From an uncultured bacterium (GTDB taxonomy: Bacteria; Actinomycetota; Acidimicrobiia; Spongiisociales; ZC4RG35), in the NCBI GenBank assembly GCA_963785075.1, contig CAWATW010000004.1, positions 338,516-402,515 of the forward strand: DNA of 64,000 bases, in the 5' to 3' direction. Positions 54,856-64,000 of the stretch are shown one piece after another; positions within the stretch are counted from its first letter, which is position 1; each line of letters begins with the position of its first letter. A program made the translations under genes and the position numbers. The notes under the pieces are model-generated. The model searched no databases. It saw nothing but the letters and a program-made list of their open reading frames with translations, and was not told the origin of the DNA.

Positions 54856-57359
54856 GCCGACTTTCGCTGCGGAGGATGACCAGCGGTCACACCCGCGTTT
54901 GGTGGCTCACCTCCGCCATCATCCTGGCGACCGCGCCGCTCGTGGCGCTCGCAGTCGATATACCTGCGCCCGACAGCCCGATCAGGATGCCGTGGTGGCT
55001 CCTGACCGTCTTCTACTACGTGGCCGAGATCACCGTGGTGCACGTGCGATTCCGGCGCGACGCCCATTCCTTCTCGATGAGCGAGTTCCCCCTCGTGATG
55101 TCGCTCTTCTTTGCATCGCCGATCACGATCATCGCTGCTCAGATGATCGGATCCGCAGCCGCGCTCGGGATCACCAGACGGCAGCGGCCGGTGAAACTCA
55201 TCTTCAACCTCGCGCAGCTGAGCCTGCAGACCACCGTCATGACGTCTGTGTTCTGGGCGATCACGGGGAACGGCGATCCCCTCGGACCTCGCGGCTGGTA
55301 CGCAGTGGGTAGCGGCATCGCCTGCACCCTGGTCATATCGAACGCTCTGATCTCCGGCGCGATCGTCCTGTCGGGCGGATCGATCAGCCGTTCCGAACGA
55401 ACGACGATGTACATGCTGACAGGCGGGGCGGGTCTCATGAACGCCACCCTTGGGCTCGTCGCAGCCACGATCTTGTGGGCTCGGCCCCAGTCCTCCTGGA
55501 TCGCTGCCGCTCCCCCCCTCGTGCTGTTCTTCGCATACCGGGCCTACTTGTCCCAGCGGCTGGAACGTGAGCGCGTGCAAGCCCTCTACGAGGTCAGCGA
55601 GGAGCTCCATCGACTTCCACACATCGAAGACGCGCTGGAGGCCGCCGTCGATCGCGCCCGCGTGATGTTCGATGCGGAGACCGCCGAGATCCTGCTCTAC
55701 CCCGAGGGCCTCGATTTCGAGGGCATATCGACCACGGCACGAATCGACGAAGAGATCGACGTGATGGCTGTGGCTCCGCCGGCAACCGACGATGAGCGAC
55801 TGGTGGAGATCGCGAAGTCGGGCACCGGGCGACTGATCTCCGACGCCGGGAGGGTGGTCGGGATGATCGTCCCCATCCCGGGGACCGGCGGCGTGTTGCG
55901 GGTGACCATTCCAAAGAGCGACATCGGAGGCTTCGGTGAGCGCGATCTCCAGTTGCTCAGCACTCTGGCCGGCCACGTCGGGATCTCCCTCGAAAACGGA
56001 CGTCTCGAGGACTCCCTCACGAAGCTCACCCAGCTCAAGGACCAGTTGCGGCATCAGGCCCTGCACGACGGGCTGACAGGTCTCGCCAACCGCAGCCTCC
56101 TGCTCGACCGATTGATCGACGCCACGTCCCTGCCTTCGGGATCTGCGGCCGTACTGTTCCTCGACCTCGATGACTTCAAGGGAGTGAACGATGGTCATGG
56201 CCACGAAGCCGGCGACGCTCTCCTCGTCCAGGTGGCACGGCGCCTAGAGGCATGTTGCCGCCCAACCGACACCGTGGCGAGATTGGGAGGTGACGAGTTC
56301 GCCCTGCTGGTGACCGATCTCGCCAACCCCGATCACGTGGTGACCGTTGCGCGTAGAGTGATCGAAGAGCTCGGCGAACCGTTCCAGGTGGCGGGCACCA
56401 CGCTCGAGATCCATGCCTCCATCGGCGTGGCGGTCATCGACCGCGGGACACCGCCGGACGAAGTCCTCAAGGCTGCCGATGAAGCGATGTACGTCGCGAA
56501 GGGTGAAGGCAAAGGCACCTACCGCGTGTACAGCCCGGGCCTGCGTTCGACACACAGCCGGGAACTCAGCGCGCTGGCCGAGCTTCGCGCCGCGATCCGA
56601 GAAGAGCGCCTCGTGCTGCACTACCAACCGATCTTCGACCTGTCGACAGGACGCATCGACGGCGTCGAAGCCCTCGTGCGATGGGATCATCCAGAACGCG
56701 GACTGATCTCGCCGGACGAATTCGTCCCGTTGGCCGAGCGTCGCGGTGTCGTCGAGGAGATCGGGGACTGGGTCCTGAGAAAGGCTGCGGACGCCCTCCG
56801 AAGCTGGCGGCTCAGCTTCGGAGCAGACGCCCCTTACATGTCGGTCAATTTCTCGGCCGCGGAGATCGCCGAGCCCGCACTCCTCAGGACCGTGCTCGAC
56901 GTGCTGGCCGTCCGCGATCTCGATCCCGCGTCGCTCCAGATCGAGATCACAGAGGGTGCGATGATGGACAGCGGGACCTCTGTGCTCGACGGGCTCCGCA
57001 GATCGGGCGTACGTGTGGCTCTCGACGACTTCGGGACCGGATACTCATCGCTCGCCTACCTCGATCAGCTGCCGGTGGACACCATCAAGCTCGCCCGGGG
57101 CTTCGTCGACCGCATCGGCGACCCCCGGGTCCGCACGATCATCGAGATGATGGTGGGCGTGGGCGAGACACTGGGCTTCACGACCATCGCCGAAGGGATC
57201 GAGCGACAGGATCAACTCGAGATACTGCGGGCGATCGGCTGCGAGCAGGCACAGGGATACCACCTGGCTCGACCGATGCCCGAGGCCGATCTGATGGAGA
57301 TCCTCGCCGCCAACGCGGAGCCGAACGCACGAGGACATCTGCGGATCGCCACGGCGTGA
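54846..57359 (+). CDS. membrane sensor - GAF - GGDEF - EAL protein (c-di-GMP turnover)
   Basis: Multi-TM N-terminus; ..LHDGLTGLANRSLLLDRL..VLFLDLDDFKGVNDGHGHEAGDALL..RLGGDEFALLV.. (GGDEF intact); EAL domain ..YQPIFDLSTGRIDGVEALVRW.., ..QIEITEGAMM.., ..VALDDFGTGYSSLAYL.., ..IAEGIERQDQ.. The ATG overlaps the protease stop by 10 nt. Confidence 0.85.
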   Translation: MAVSRLSLRRMTSGHTRVWWLTSAIILATAPLVALAVDIPAPDSPIRMPWWLLTVFYYVAEITVVHVRFRRDAHSFSMSEFPLVMSLFFASPITIIAAQMIGSAAALGITRRQRPVKLIFNLAQLSLQTTVMTSVFWAITGNGDPLGPRGWYAVGSGIACTLVISNALISGAIVLSGGSISRSERTTMYMLTGGAGLMNATLGLVAATILWARPQSSWIAAAPPLVLFFAYRAYLSQRLERERVQALYEVSEELHRLPHIEDALEAAVDRARVMFDAETAEILLYPEGLDFEGISTTARIDEEIDVMAVAPPATDDERLVEIAKSGTGRLISDAGRVVGMIVPIPGTGGVLRVTIPKSDIGGFGERDLQLLSTLAGHVGISLENGRLEDSLTKLTQLKDQLRHQALHDGLTGLANRSLLLDRLIDATSLPSGSAAVLFLDLDDFKGVNDGHGHEAGDALLVQVARRLEACCRPTDTVARLGGDEFALLVTDLANPDHVVTVARRVIEELGEPFQVAGTTLEIHASIGVAVIDRGTPPDEVLKAADEAMYVAKGEGKGTYRVYSPGLRSTHSRELSALAELRAAIREERLVLHYQPIFDLSTGRIDGVEALVRWDHPERGLISPDEFVPLAERRGVVEEIGDWVLRKAADALRSWRLSFGADAPYMSVNFSAAEIAEPALLRTVLDVLAVRDLDPASLQIEITEGAMMDSGTSVLDGLRRSGVRVALDDFGTGYSSLAYLDQLPVDTIKLARGFVDRIGDPRVRTIIEMMVGVGETLGFTTIAEGIERQDQLEILRAIGCEQAQGYHLARPMPEADLMEILAANAEPNARGHLRIATA

Positions 57360-57399
57360 GCGGATCCAGCGCTCTGGAACGCCTCGACTGGTACCGGCG

Positions 57400-58926
57400 T
57401 CAGCCGCCTGCGGCCCGGCCCGAATTCGGGTCGACGATCAGCCCCGACACGTCGACCGCCTCGAAGGACGAGCCCGGAATCGTCTTCAGCTCATCGAGGA
57501 TGTCATTGTCCCAACGGTCGTCGGGTGCACCGGAGATGTACCAGGCCGAACCATTGTCCGCCAGGATGATCCCGTACTCCTGGAAGGCGCGGAGAATCAC
57601 CTGCACATCGGTGGAGAATCCCGAGATGTCGAAGGACCCGGACAGTCGGAATCGTTGACCCATGGGGGGAACGTCGAGATCGGTGTTCGACGATGCGAAA
57701 TGACGGGCGGGCCAAACGTATGCCTGCTGGGTGACAGGAGCAGTGAAGCGAATGGCATGATCGATCTCCCCGGATGCGACCTCGTCGAAGCGCACCAGAC
57801 CCGGGTAGATGGGCAGACCGGCGGCGTCGGCCGAAGTCCACCCCGCCGGTCGAAGCGCGTTCGAGGTGAGGTCATATCGGGCGGCTGAATCGGCAGACCA
57901 CACGGCGCCCCCATTCAGCGGGAACGCTCGGTACATCTCGTAGAGCACGCAATCTCCGGTATCGAGAACCAGGACGTGGCGATCCCCGTCCGAGTTCGGC
58001 CCTCCTTCGATCGGCGCATCGGACGGCACCGGGTAGGGGCCAGGGTCGCTCTCATCCCCGTAGGCCGTGAACACGATGGGCACCTCGGGCTGATCGGCGT
58101 CCACTTCGACGTATGGGATCCCGATCGGTGCGCCCTCCCAGAGGCCCGAGCCAAAGTCGGGATGGAGGTTCGACGATCCGATCGAAGCCACGTATGCAGC
58201 CGACCGAACGTGGAGAGGTAGGTCGTCCACGCGACTGTTCCAGATGTTGTCGTCGGGAAGCACCGGACAGCGCTCGGGGACGACGACGGGCGCGAGACCC
58301 TCCGCACGACCGAGGAATGACGCCATCTGATCTCGACGCACCGGGTCGTCGGGGCAGAACCGATCGTTGTCGGGCGGGTTGCATCCAAGCGTGACCCCCG
58401 CCACGGCGAGTCGTTCGATGTCGTTCTCGAACACCGAGTCGTCATCGTCTCCGAAGAGGTCCCCGGTTGCGGGCGGATAGGCGTACGCCCTCACGAGGAA
58501 CGCCGCCATCTGACCCCGCGAGACAGGGTCGTCCGGACAGAATCGAGTGTTCTGCGGAGGATCGCACCCTCGTGTCACACCGGCTTCGGCCAGGGCTTCG
58601 ATGTCGTCCTCGAACACCGTCCCGTCATCGTCTCCGAAACTGTCCGAGCCGGACGAGGCCGGGAGGCCGAGCGCCCGAACGAGGAACGCCGCCATCTGCC
58701 CCCGTGTGACCACGTCAGAAGGGCAGTACCGATCGTTGGCCGGTGGATTGCACCCTCTCGTTATCCCCGCAGCTGCGACCGCCTCGATCATCCCTTCATG
58801 GACGTTGCCGTCGTCGTCGACGAACGTGCCGCCGGGCTCAGCCGCCCACGAGGGGCTCATGAGCACGATCGAAGCGACCAGCGCGACGACGAGCGCCACG
58901 GGACCACGAATCCTGGCGATGATCAC
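57400..58926 (-). CDS. secreted protein with three SLH-like repeats (F.DDDG.VFE.DIE.LA.AGVTRGC.PP.N.RFCPDDPV.R.QMAAFLVRA) and a ~330-aa C-terminal domain of unknown function
   Basis: Signal peptide ..IIARIRGPVALVVALVASIVLMSPSWA. Three ~60-aa repeats. Probable GTG start (58926). The ORF-track N-terminal extension is junk. Confidence 0.55.
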   Translation of the reverse strand: MIIARIRGPVALVVALVASIVLMSPSWAAEPGGTFVDDDGNVHEGMIEAVAAAGITRGCNPPANDRYCPSDVVTRGQMAAFLVRALGLPASSGSDSFGDDDGTVFEDDIEALAEAGVTRGCDPPQNTRFCPDDPVSRGQMAAFLVRAYAYPPATGDLFGDDDDSVFENDIERLAVAGVTLGCNPPDNDRFCPDDPVRRDQMASFLGRAEGLAPVVVPERCPVLPDDNIWNSRVDDLPLHVRSAAYVASIGSSNLHPDFGSGLWEGAPIGIPYVEVDADQPEVPIVFTAYGDESDPGPYPVPSDAPIEGGPNSDGDRHVLVLDTGDCVLYEMYRAFPLNGGAVWSADSAARYDLTSNALRPAGWTSADAAGLPIYPGLVRFDEVASGEIDHAIRFTAPVTQQAYVWPARHFASSNTDLDVPPMGQRFRLSGSFDISGFSTDVQVILRAFQEYGIILADNGSAWYISGAPDDRWDNDILDELKTIPGSSFEAVDVSGLIVDPNSGRAAGG

Positions 58927-59411
58927 ACTCTCCCGATCATGGCACTCGTGCGGCCGAGAATCTGCCTCATGACGTCGATGGACCCCATGGGATCGCCCGG
59001 GATCTCGAAGTACCGATCGACACGTGCGAGGTGCAGCACCTCGAACTGGCGGAGCCGCGCCGCCGAGGCCCGATCCCACCCGTCATCGGAGAGGCTCCCG
59101 ACGATGAGACCCGGGCCCTTGGCAATGGAGAGCGCGGTAGCAGTGTCCGGATCGGCGAAGTTGGGTGACAGCCATACGCCGAGCTCGACATCGGCTGCAC
59201 GTGTGCAACCGGCACCGAATGCCACCACCAGCCCGACATCGTGCAAGGAATCGGTCACTTGGGCAACGACACAGTCATGCCCGGCCTTGGCGATCAACCC
59301 ACGGACGTAGTGAAGGAGCGGCAGCCCTGCCGCTTCTTCCGTGGGGATGACGACGCACTTCGCCACAGACCTCCGAGTATCGACCTGCTCACGGTACCGG
59401 TCGGATCGCAC
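58923..59411 (-). CDS. hypothetical protein between phoH2 and the SLH-repeat gene
   Basis: ORF with plausible composition, co-directional and tightly spaced. No family recognised. Confidence 0.3.
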   Translation of the reverse strand: MRSDRYREQVDTRRSVAKCVVIPTEEAAGLPLLHYVRGLIAKAGHDCVVAQVTDSLHDVGLVVAFGAGCTRAADVELGVWLSPNFADPDTATALSIAKGPGLIVGSLSDDGWDRASAARLRQFEVLHLARVDRYFEIPGDPMGSIDVMRQILGRTSAMIGRV

Positions 59412-59441
59412 CGGCGTTGGCCCAGGCCAACTCCTTTGCGA

Positions 59442-60785
59442 TCAGAGGATCCGCGCCGCCATCTCGGCCAGCGGGCTCCGGATCGATTTCTCGAGTATCA
59501 CATGCCCGAACAGCGGCGAGTCCTTGAACTTCTCGATCAACGCCGCCATGCCGCCGTAGGGCGATACATACGGATTGTCGACCTGGGAGAGATCGCCGCA
59601 GAAGACGACTTTCGAATCCTTGCCCAACCGGGTGAGGATGACCTTCAACGTCGGAAGCTCGAGGTTCTGGGCTTCGTCGATGATCACGAACTCGCCGGTG
59701 ATCGACCGGCCGCGGAGATACGTGACGGCGGCCATCTCGAGCTCACCGCGCTCCAGCAGCTCGGTGACGGCAGCGTTGGCTCCCTCGGCCCCGCTGTCCT
59801 GGAACAGGGCGTGGAGGTTGTCATGGACGGCGGCCATCCAGGGCGCCAGCTTCTCGTCGAGGTCGCCAGGAAGATATCCAACTTCCTGACGCCCCACCGC
59901 CACCAGAGGCCGGTAGACCGACACCTTGCGGTACCGCTGTTGCTCGAGCACCTGTTCGAGGCCGGCGGCGAGAGCGAGAAACGTCTTGCCCGAACCCGCG
60001 GTTCCCATCATCGAGACGGCAGGGATGTCCGGATCGAGCAGATGGGTCATGGCCACCGTTTGCCGGAGGTTCTTGGGTTCGACGCCGAATGCCCTCGGGT
60101 GGTTGGTGACCCGTTCGACGGTCACGTGTGGGTTGGATTCGATGACGCGGGCCAGACCCGATCGTGAGATGTCGGCTTTCAAGGTCACGAAGTCGTTCAC
60201 GTCGGCTTCGACGCCGTCCAGCACGATCTTGCCCTCTTCGAAGAGTCTGTCGATCGTGTCACCTGTCGTCGTGACCTCGATCACCCCGGTGCGCAGTTCG
60301 GAGGCCTGCACCGTATCGGCGCGATAGTCCTCCACTTCGACACCGAGCTGCGCACCTTTGATCCGCAGCGAGGCGTCCTTGGTGACGAGGACAGGATCGC
60401 CGCCGACATCGGCGAGATTGAGGCAGGTGGCAAGGATCCTGTGGTCCGGGCTGTGCGGGTCGAGCACCTGCGGGAGGCGCTCCGACACGACGCCGTTCAG
60501 CTCGATACGGAGGCTTCCGCCGCCGGGGAGCGCCACCGGATCTCGAAGCCCTCCCGGTCGCGAGGCGCCGAGTTCCTCCAATGACCGGATCGCCATCCGG
60601 GCATTGGCGCCCACCTCGTCCATGCGGGTCTTCTTGCGATCCAGTTCCTCGATCACCACCAGTGGCAGAACCACCTGGTGCTCGTCGAACCGCAACGTGG
60701 CGTGCGGATCGGCGAGCAGAACACACGTGTCGAGGACGTAGGTGCGTGACACCTGATCGACTCCTTCAATCGGCCGGCGGTGCAT
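59442..60785 (-). CDS. PhoH2 (N-terminal PIN domain fused to a PhoH-like ATPase)
   Basis: PIN: ..TYVLDTCVLLADPHAT..VVLPLVVIEELD.. PhoH: ..MMGTAGSGKTFLALAAG.. Walker A, ..FVIIDEAQNL.. Walker B. Start at MHRRPIEG (60785). Confidence 0.85.
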   Translation of the reverse strand: MHRRPIEGVDQVSRTYVLDTCVLLADPHATLRFDEHQVVLPLVVIEELDRKKTRMDEVGANARMAIRSLEELGASRPGGLRDPVALPGGGSLRIELNGVVSERLPQVLDPHSPDHRILATCLNLADVGGDPVLVTKDASLRIKGAQLGVEVEDYRADTVQASELRTGVIEVTTTGDTIDRLFEEGKIVLDGVEADVNDFVTLKADISRSGLARVIESNPHVTVERVTNHPRAFGVEPKNLRQTVAMTHLLDPDIPAVSMMGTAGSGKTFLALAAGLEQVLEQQRYRKVSVYRPLVAVGRQEVGYLPGDLDEKLAPWMAAVHDNLHALFQDSGAEGANAAVTELLERGELEMAAVTYLRGRSITGEFVIIDEAQNLELPTLKVILTRLGKDSKVVFCGDLSQVDNPYVSPYGGMAALIEKFKDSPLFGHVILEKSIRSPLAEMAARIL

Positions 60786-60837
60786 CAGTATCCCCGACCA
60801 TTGGACGAAAAACGAGGACCAAAACGGTTGCCGCGAT

Positions 60838-61560
60838 GTGAATGAACCAGAGGACCTATGTCCGGGGTCGCCACGCCGGGCCGACGGTCCCGTGCGGGCC
60901 GTGAGCGTCCGCACCTTGCCGGGGCCCGCACGTTGGTCCAGAATCCGCACAGTGCCCGTCGACGTCGCCCTCGACCAACTCACTGCTCTGTTGCCGCTGG
61001 CGGATCGTCAGGCTGCGCTCGACTCACGCCTCCGGTCGGTGCATCGGAAGGTCCTCCGAGGATTCCTCGAGCATGCCGCGCCGCCGGAGGTGGATCCCGC
61101 CGATGCCATGGCGCTCGCCGGGGTCGACCTCGTCGTGACCGGCGCCGACGGAGCGATCACGGGGGCATACCCGTTCACTTTGGAGCACACTCCGCACGCC
61201 GTCCAAACGGGAGCCACCCACGTACACGTCATGTGCTCGCTGGATGCCCTCGCGGTCGCTCCCATGTACGGGGTGAGCACACGGGTGATCTCGAAATGCG
61301 CCATGTCCGGCGGTGCCATCGAAGTCCACCAGCGGGACGACGACCTGGTCTCGAATCGACCACCCGCACCGTGGATCGGCATCCGCTGGCAAGCGCCAGG
61401 CGAACATGCCGCCACGTCGCTGTGTCGGGAGATGGTGTTCCTCTCCGATGAGGAGGTTGCAGTGCGATGGCGGGGCGCCGACCCCCACTCGGCCGCGATC
61501 CTGCCGCTGCCCGAAGCGATCGAGCTCGCAGCCGCGTTCTTCGGTCCTCTCGCCGGCTGA
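60838..61560 (+). CDS. hypothetical protein, possibly organomercurial lyase (MerB)-like
   Basis: ..ATHVHVMCSLDALAV.. and ..ISKCAMSGGAIEV.. resemble the MerB Cys/Asp/Cys catalytic arrangement. Weak. Start uncertain. Confidence 0.3.
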   Translation: MNEPEDLCPGSPRRADGPVRAVSVRTLPGPARWSRIRTVPVDVALDQLTALLPLADRQAALDSRLRSVHRKVLRGFLEHAAPPEVDPADAMALAGVDLVVTGADGAITGAYPFTLEHTPHAVQTGATHVHVMCSLDALAVAPMYGVSTRVISKCAMSGGAIEVHQRDDDLVSNRPPAPWIGIRWQAPGEHAATSLCREMVFLSDEEVAVRWRGADPHSAAILPLPEAIELAAAFFGPLAG

Positions 61561-61587
61561 GCCACTGCGCCAGACGCCGGCGGCCCA

Positions 61588-62172
61588 TCACATCCGTTCG
61601 ACGAGCGTCACGAACTGTGGGCTCGAAAGCAGATTGAACTCGGAGTGGAGATGCCGAAACCCGCGTCCCTCCGTCATTCGCCGAACCTTCGACGGCCACA
61701 ACCACTGGCAGTGCACCTGACGGGCCCTCAGCGGGTTCTTGTGGAGGAGCACGGCCGTCGGCACCGCCCAGATCCCCTGGATGGGTTCTGCCGGATAGAT
61801 GAACATCGCTCGGGCCGAAGGCTTGAGGACCCGAGCCATCTCGTCGAACGCCTCCTCGAGCGCCGGGATGTGCTCGATTGCATGGACCGAGACGATCTTG
61901 TCGAAGGTCGAGTCGGGGAAATCCAGCCGCTCGGCATACATGTGACGAACCTTTTCGGACACCGCAACCTCTCCCGCCCGGGGGTTGGCATCGATTCCCG
62001 TGACATCGACACCCCAGTCGTCGAGCACTCTGGTGAGGTGCCCCCTGCCGCAACCGACCTCCAGGACACGCTCTCCCGGTCGAGGATCCAGGACGCGTCG
62101 GACCGTCGCCTCATGCCGCCGGTCCCAGCGATTGACGAGGGCGTATCTGGTCGAGTCGTAGTCGGTTCCCAC
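61588..62172 (-). CDS. class I SAM-dependent methyltransferase
   Basis: ..RVLEVGCGRGHLTRVL.. motif I, ..FDKIVSVHAIEHI.. GTG start 1 nt after the upstream gene's stop. Confidence 0.7.
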   Translation of the reverse strand: MGTDYDSTRYALVNRWDRRHEATVRRVLDPRPGERVLEVGCGRGHLTRVLDDWGVDVTGIDANPRAGEVAVSEKVRHMYAERLDFPDSTFDKIVSVHAIEHIPALEEAFDEMARVLKPSARAMFIYPAEPIQGIWAVPTAVLLHKNPLRARQVHCQWLWPSKVRRMTEGRGFRHLHSEFNLLSSPQFVTLVERM

Positions 62173-62173
62173 G

Positions 62174-63400
62174 TCAAGCCCTTTCGAGGTGAGGCGCCAG
62201 CGAATAATCGGCGAGCATCGGTCCGGTCGGCGGGAGCGCAATGTGGGTGACCGAGCTGTTGAGCGCCACTCCCAGATCGCGGTTGATGTCGTTCCCACGC
62301 TGTTGGAACCCGGCGATGGTGGCACGGATCGCCGCTCCGTGCGACACCACGATCGTTCGGTCGGCGGCCTCGAACTGAAGCGCCCGGAGGAACCGGGTCA
62401 TTCGCTCCGCCACCTCGGCAAAGGACTCCCCGGTGTGTCCGCGACGAAGGTCTTCGCCGTCCCGATAGATCCTGACTGCCTCCTCCTGATCGGAGAACTC
62501 CGATCCCTTGAGGCCCTCCCACTCGCCAAAGGCCATTTCCATGACCTCGGGAGCGGGCTCGACGTGACGGCCGAAGGCCGCGGCCGTTTCCATCGCCCGC
62601 TGAAGCGGCGACGAGATGAGGCGGTCCGGTCTCGGATACCACGTGGCCAGGCCGACGGCCTGAGCGTGGCCTTCCTCGTCGAGACCCCAGCAACTCTGCC
62701 CTTGGACCCGGCCCTCCTTGTTCGCCGTCGTGACCCCGTGCCGAACGAAGGCCACGACGGGGATGCCGTCCGAGCGCATCCGGCCCAGGAACCCGACATC
62801 CACGCCGAGATGGGTGGCATCGTTGAAGACGGCGAGTCGCATCGTATCCGGCGTGCCTTCGAGCACCGTGAGCGATGTGTTCGTGACGATGGGAAACGTC
62901 CTCCGGTCCGGAAGCCGGCCGAGAAACCGGCCGACGATCGAATCGATCACACCCCCGTGAGTGGCGACCAAGGCGCTCTCTCCGTCACCAAGCCGATGCA
63001 CGAGGGCGTCGAACGCATCGAGCGACCGACGCTCGAAATCGGCGATCGTCTCGCCCGAGGCGCCAAACGCCACGGCCTCGCCAGACCGGATCGCCTGGAG
63101 GAGATCGGGGTGCTTGGCCACCACCTGTTCGAAACGTTGCCCTTCCCACTCCCCGAGATCCATCTCCCGCCATGCGTGATCGACCTCAGGGTCCCCATCG
63201 ATGGCCTGCGCCGTCTCGAGGGCCCGATCGAGGTCGGAGGACAACACGACGTCGAAGCTACGACCGTTCAGGCGGACGCCGACGGCCTCTGCTTGCCTTC
63301 GGCCCTCTGCGGACAGAGGAGCGTTGCCCTGCCCCTGCCATATGTTCGCCTCGTTGGCCTCTGAGCGCCCGTGACGTACAAGCGTGATACGGATCGACAT
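62174..63400 (-). CDS. tandem histidine-phosphatase (phosphoglycerate mutase family) two-domain protein
   Basis: Two RHG motifs: ..ITLVRHGRSEAN.. and ..VVAFVRHGVTTAN.. Start at MSIRITL (63400). Confidence 0.75.
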   Translation of the reverse strand: MSIRITLVRHGRSEANEANIWQGQGNAPLSAEGRRQAEAVGVRLNGRSFDVVLSSDLDRALETAQAIDGDPEVDHAWREMDLGEWEGQRFEQVVAKHPDLLQAIRSGEAVAFGASGETIADFERRSLDAFDALVHRLGDGESALVATHGGVIDSIVGRFLGRLPDRRTFPIVTNTSLTVLEGTPDTMRLAVFNDATHLGVDVGFLGRMRSDGIPVVAFVRHGVTTANKEGRVQGQSCWGLDEEGHAQAVGLATWYPRPDRLISSPLQRAMETAAAFGRHVEPAPEVMEMAFGEWEGLKGSEFSDQEEAVRIYRDGEDLRRGHTGESFAEVAERMTRFLRALQFEAADRTIVVSHGAAIRATIAGFQQRGNDINRDLGVALNSSVTHIALPPTGPMLADYSLAPHLERA

Positions 63401-63478
63401 GAGGGCCTGAGGATATGACCTTTGCGAGCGTGCGCAGCTCAAACTCACCGGGCGGCGGAGTTACCGGTACCGAGTCTC

Positions 63479-63493
63479 GTACTGAGTACTGAG
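63479..63493. promoter_or_regulatory. gtactgagtactgag motif (shares the 12-mer GTACTGAGTACT with 45591-45602)
   Basis: Directly read. Confidence 0.3.
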
Positions 63494-63643
63494 ATCCGGA
63501 CCGGAGCGGAGAAGCCGGGGCTCATTCGGCCCCGGTCCCGAGCAACAATCCTGCCGTCCGACGCCGCGTCCGACGTCCGGACCACCCCACCCACGGTCCG
63601 TCCAACGCCTGCCGCCCGACCCCGGGTCCGACGTCCGCACGCG

Positions 63644-63671
63644 TCGGACCTCGGACCTCGGACTTCGGACC
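63644..63671 (+). repeat. 4 tandem heptamers tcggacc tcggacc tcggact tcggacc, preceded by a 9-bp-stem inverted repeat ggtccgacg-N8-cgtcggacc
   Basis: Directly read. The whole 63540-63675 region is built from GTCCGAC/GTCGGAC units in both orientations. Confidence 0.6.
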
Positions 63672-63699
63672 CGAGACGATGCCTTTCGCTACCAGATTG

Positions 63700-64000
63700 T
63701 CAGCCGATGAAGGCCGAGGCGAAGATCAGCGACACGATCGTCATCACCTTGATGACGATGTTCATCGACGGACCGGACGTGTCCTTGAACGGGTCACCGA
63801 CGGTGTCGCCGATCACAGCGGCCTTGTGCGGGTCCGAGCCTTTGCCGCCGTGATGTCCGCTCTCGATGTACTTCTTGGCGTTGTCCCATGCGCCACCGGC
63901 GTTGGCCATGTAGATGGCCAGAAGGAAGCCCGTGACGAGGGCACCGGCCAGGAAGCCTCCGAGGGCTTCCACGTCGATGAATCCGATCACGAGTGGGAAG
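63700..64000 (-). CDS. hppA: K+/Na+-insensitive type H+-translocating pyrophosphatase, C-terminal part (the gene continues past the window end)
   Basis: ..[12 protein letters not shown].., ..[19 protein letters not shown].. conserved V-PPase C-terminal motifs. Confidence 0.85.
   Translation of the reverse strand, partial: FPLVIGFIDVEALGGFLAGALVTGFLLAIYMANAGGAWDNAKKYIESGHHGGKGSDPHKAAVIGDTVGDPFKDTSGPSMNIVIKVMTIVSLIFASAFIG

Noticed and set aside
54468-56204. 578-aa minus-strand ORF with PDQVPP repeats
   Set aside because: It is the antisense shadow of the GGTWS 15-bp repeat and of the GGDEF-EAL gene. It has no start context and extreme composition.

Overview
High-GC actinobacterial chromosomal segment. 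The order of the housekeeping blocks (ftsH-folP-folB-folK, lysS-coaX-panC, hpt-tilS, sigH/anti-sigma, holB-tmk, topA) resembles the conserved actinomycete/mycobacterial backbone. A large Gram-positive-type flagellar locus is embedded in it. On the + strand, coupled by overlapping start/stop codons: flgB-flgC-fliE-fliF-fliG-fliH-fliI-fliJ-SLT(flgJ-like)-fliK-flgD-flgE | motA-motB-fliL | fliN-fliO-fliP-fliQ-fliR | dinB | MBL hydrolase | flhB-flhA-truncated flhF-like-small membrane protein. Downstream on the - strand is a sigma-28 (fliA/whiG) operon carrying two tandem HDOD-domain paralogs, and a Bacillus-like flgN-flgK-flgL-fliW-csrA operon. A second FlgN-like paralog, a degenerate GGDEF protein and an orphan flbD lie on the + strand. 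The rest of the window holds: a PadR module flanked by a ~70-bp hairpin direct repeat; a FolK-ICMT-like fusion; ftsH, hpt, tilS; a SigH-like ECF sigma with its zinc anti-sigma; tRNA-Thr(CGT); holB, tmk, an MFS transporter, a GAF histidine kinase and topA; a secreted subtilisin with about 18 tandem GGTWS pentapeptide repeats overlapping a membrane GAF-GGDEF-EAL protein; a PhoH2 (PIN-PhoH) - hypothetical - triple SLH-like-repeat secreted protein operon; a MerB-like ORF, a SAM methyltransferase, a tandem histidine phosphatase and the 3' end of an H+-pyrophosphatase gene. Most long ORFs on the strand opposite these genes are GC-driven shadow ORFs. I did not find fliM, cheY, a flagellin gene or flgM in this window. 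Several intergenic regions carry tandem heptamer arrays and GTACT-type palindromes. Several ORF-track and derived coordinates (fliJ 5930, TTG 45266, ATGs at 8185/35249/54846/20691) coincide with coordinates counted from the printed sequence line labels. Coordinates taken straight from line numbering (repeats, hairpins, tRNA ends) may still be off by 1-2 nt.
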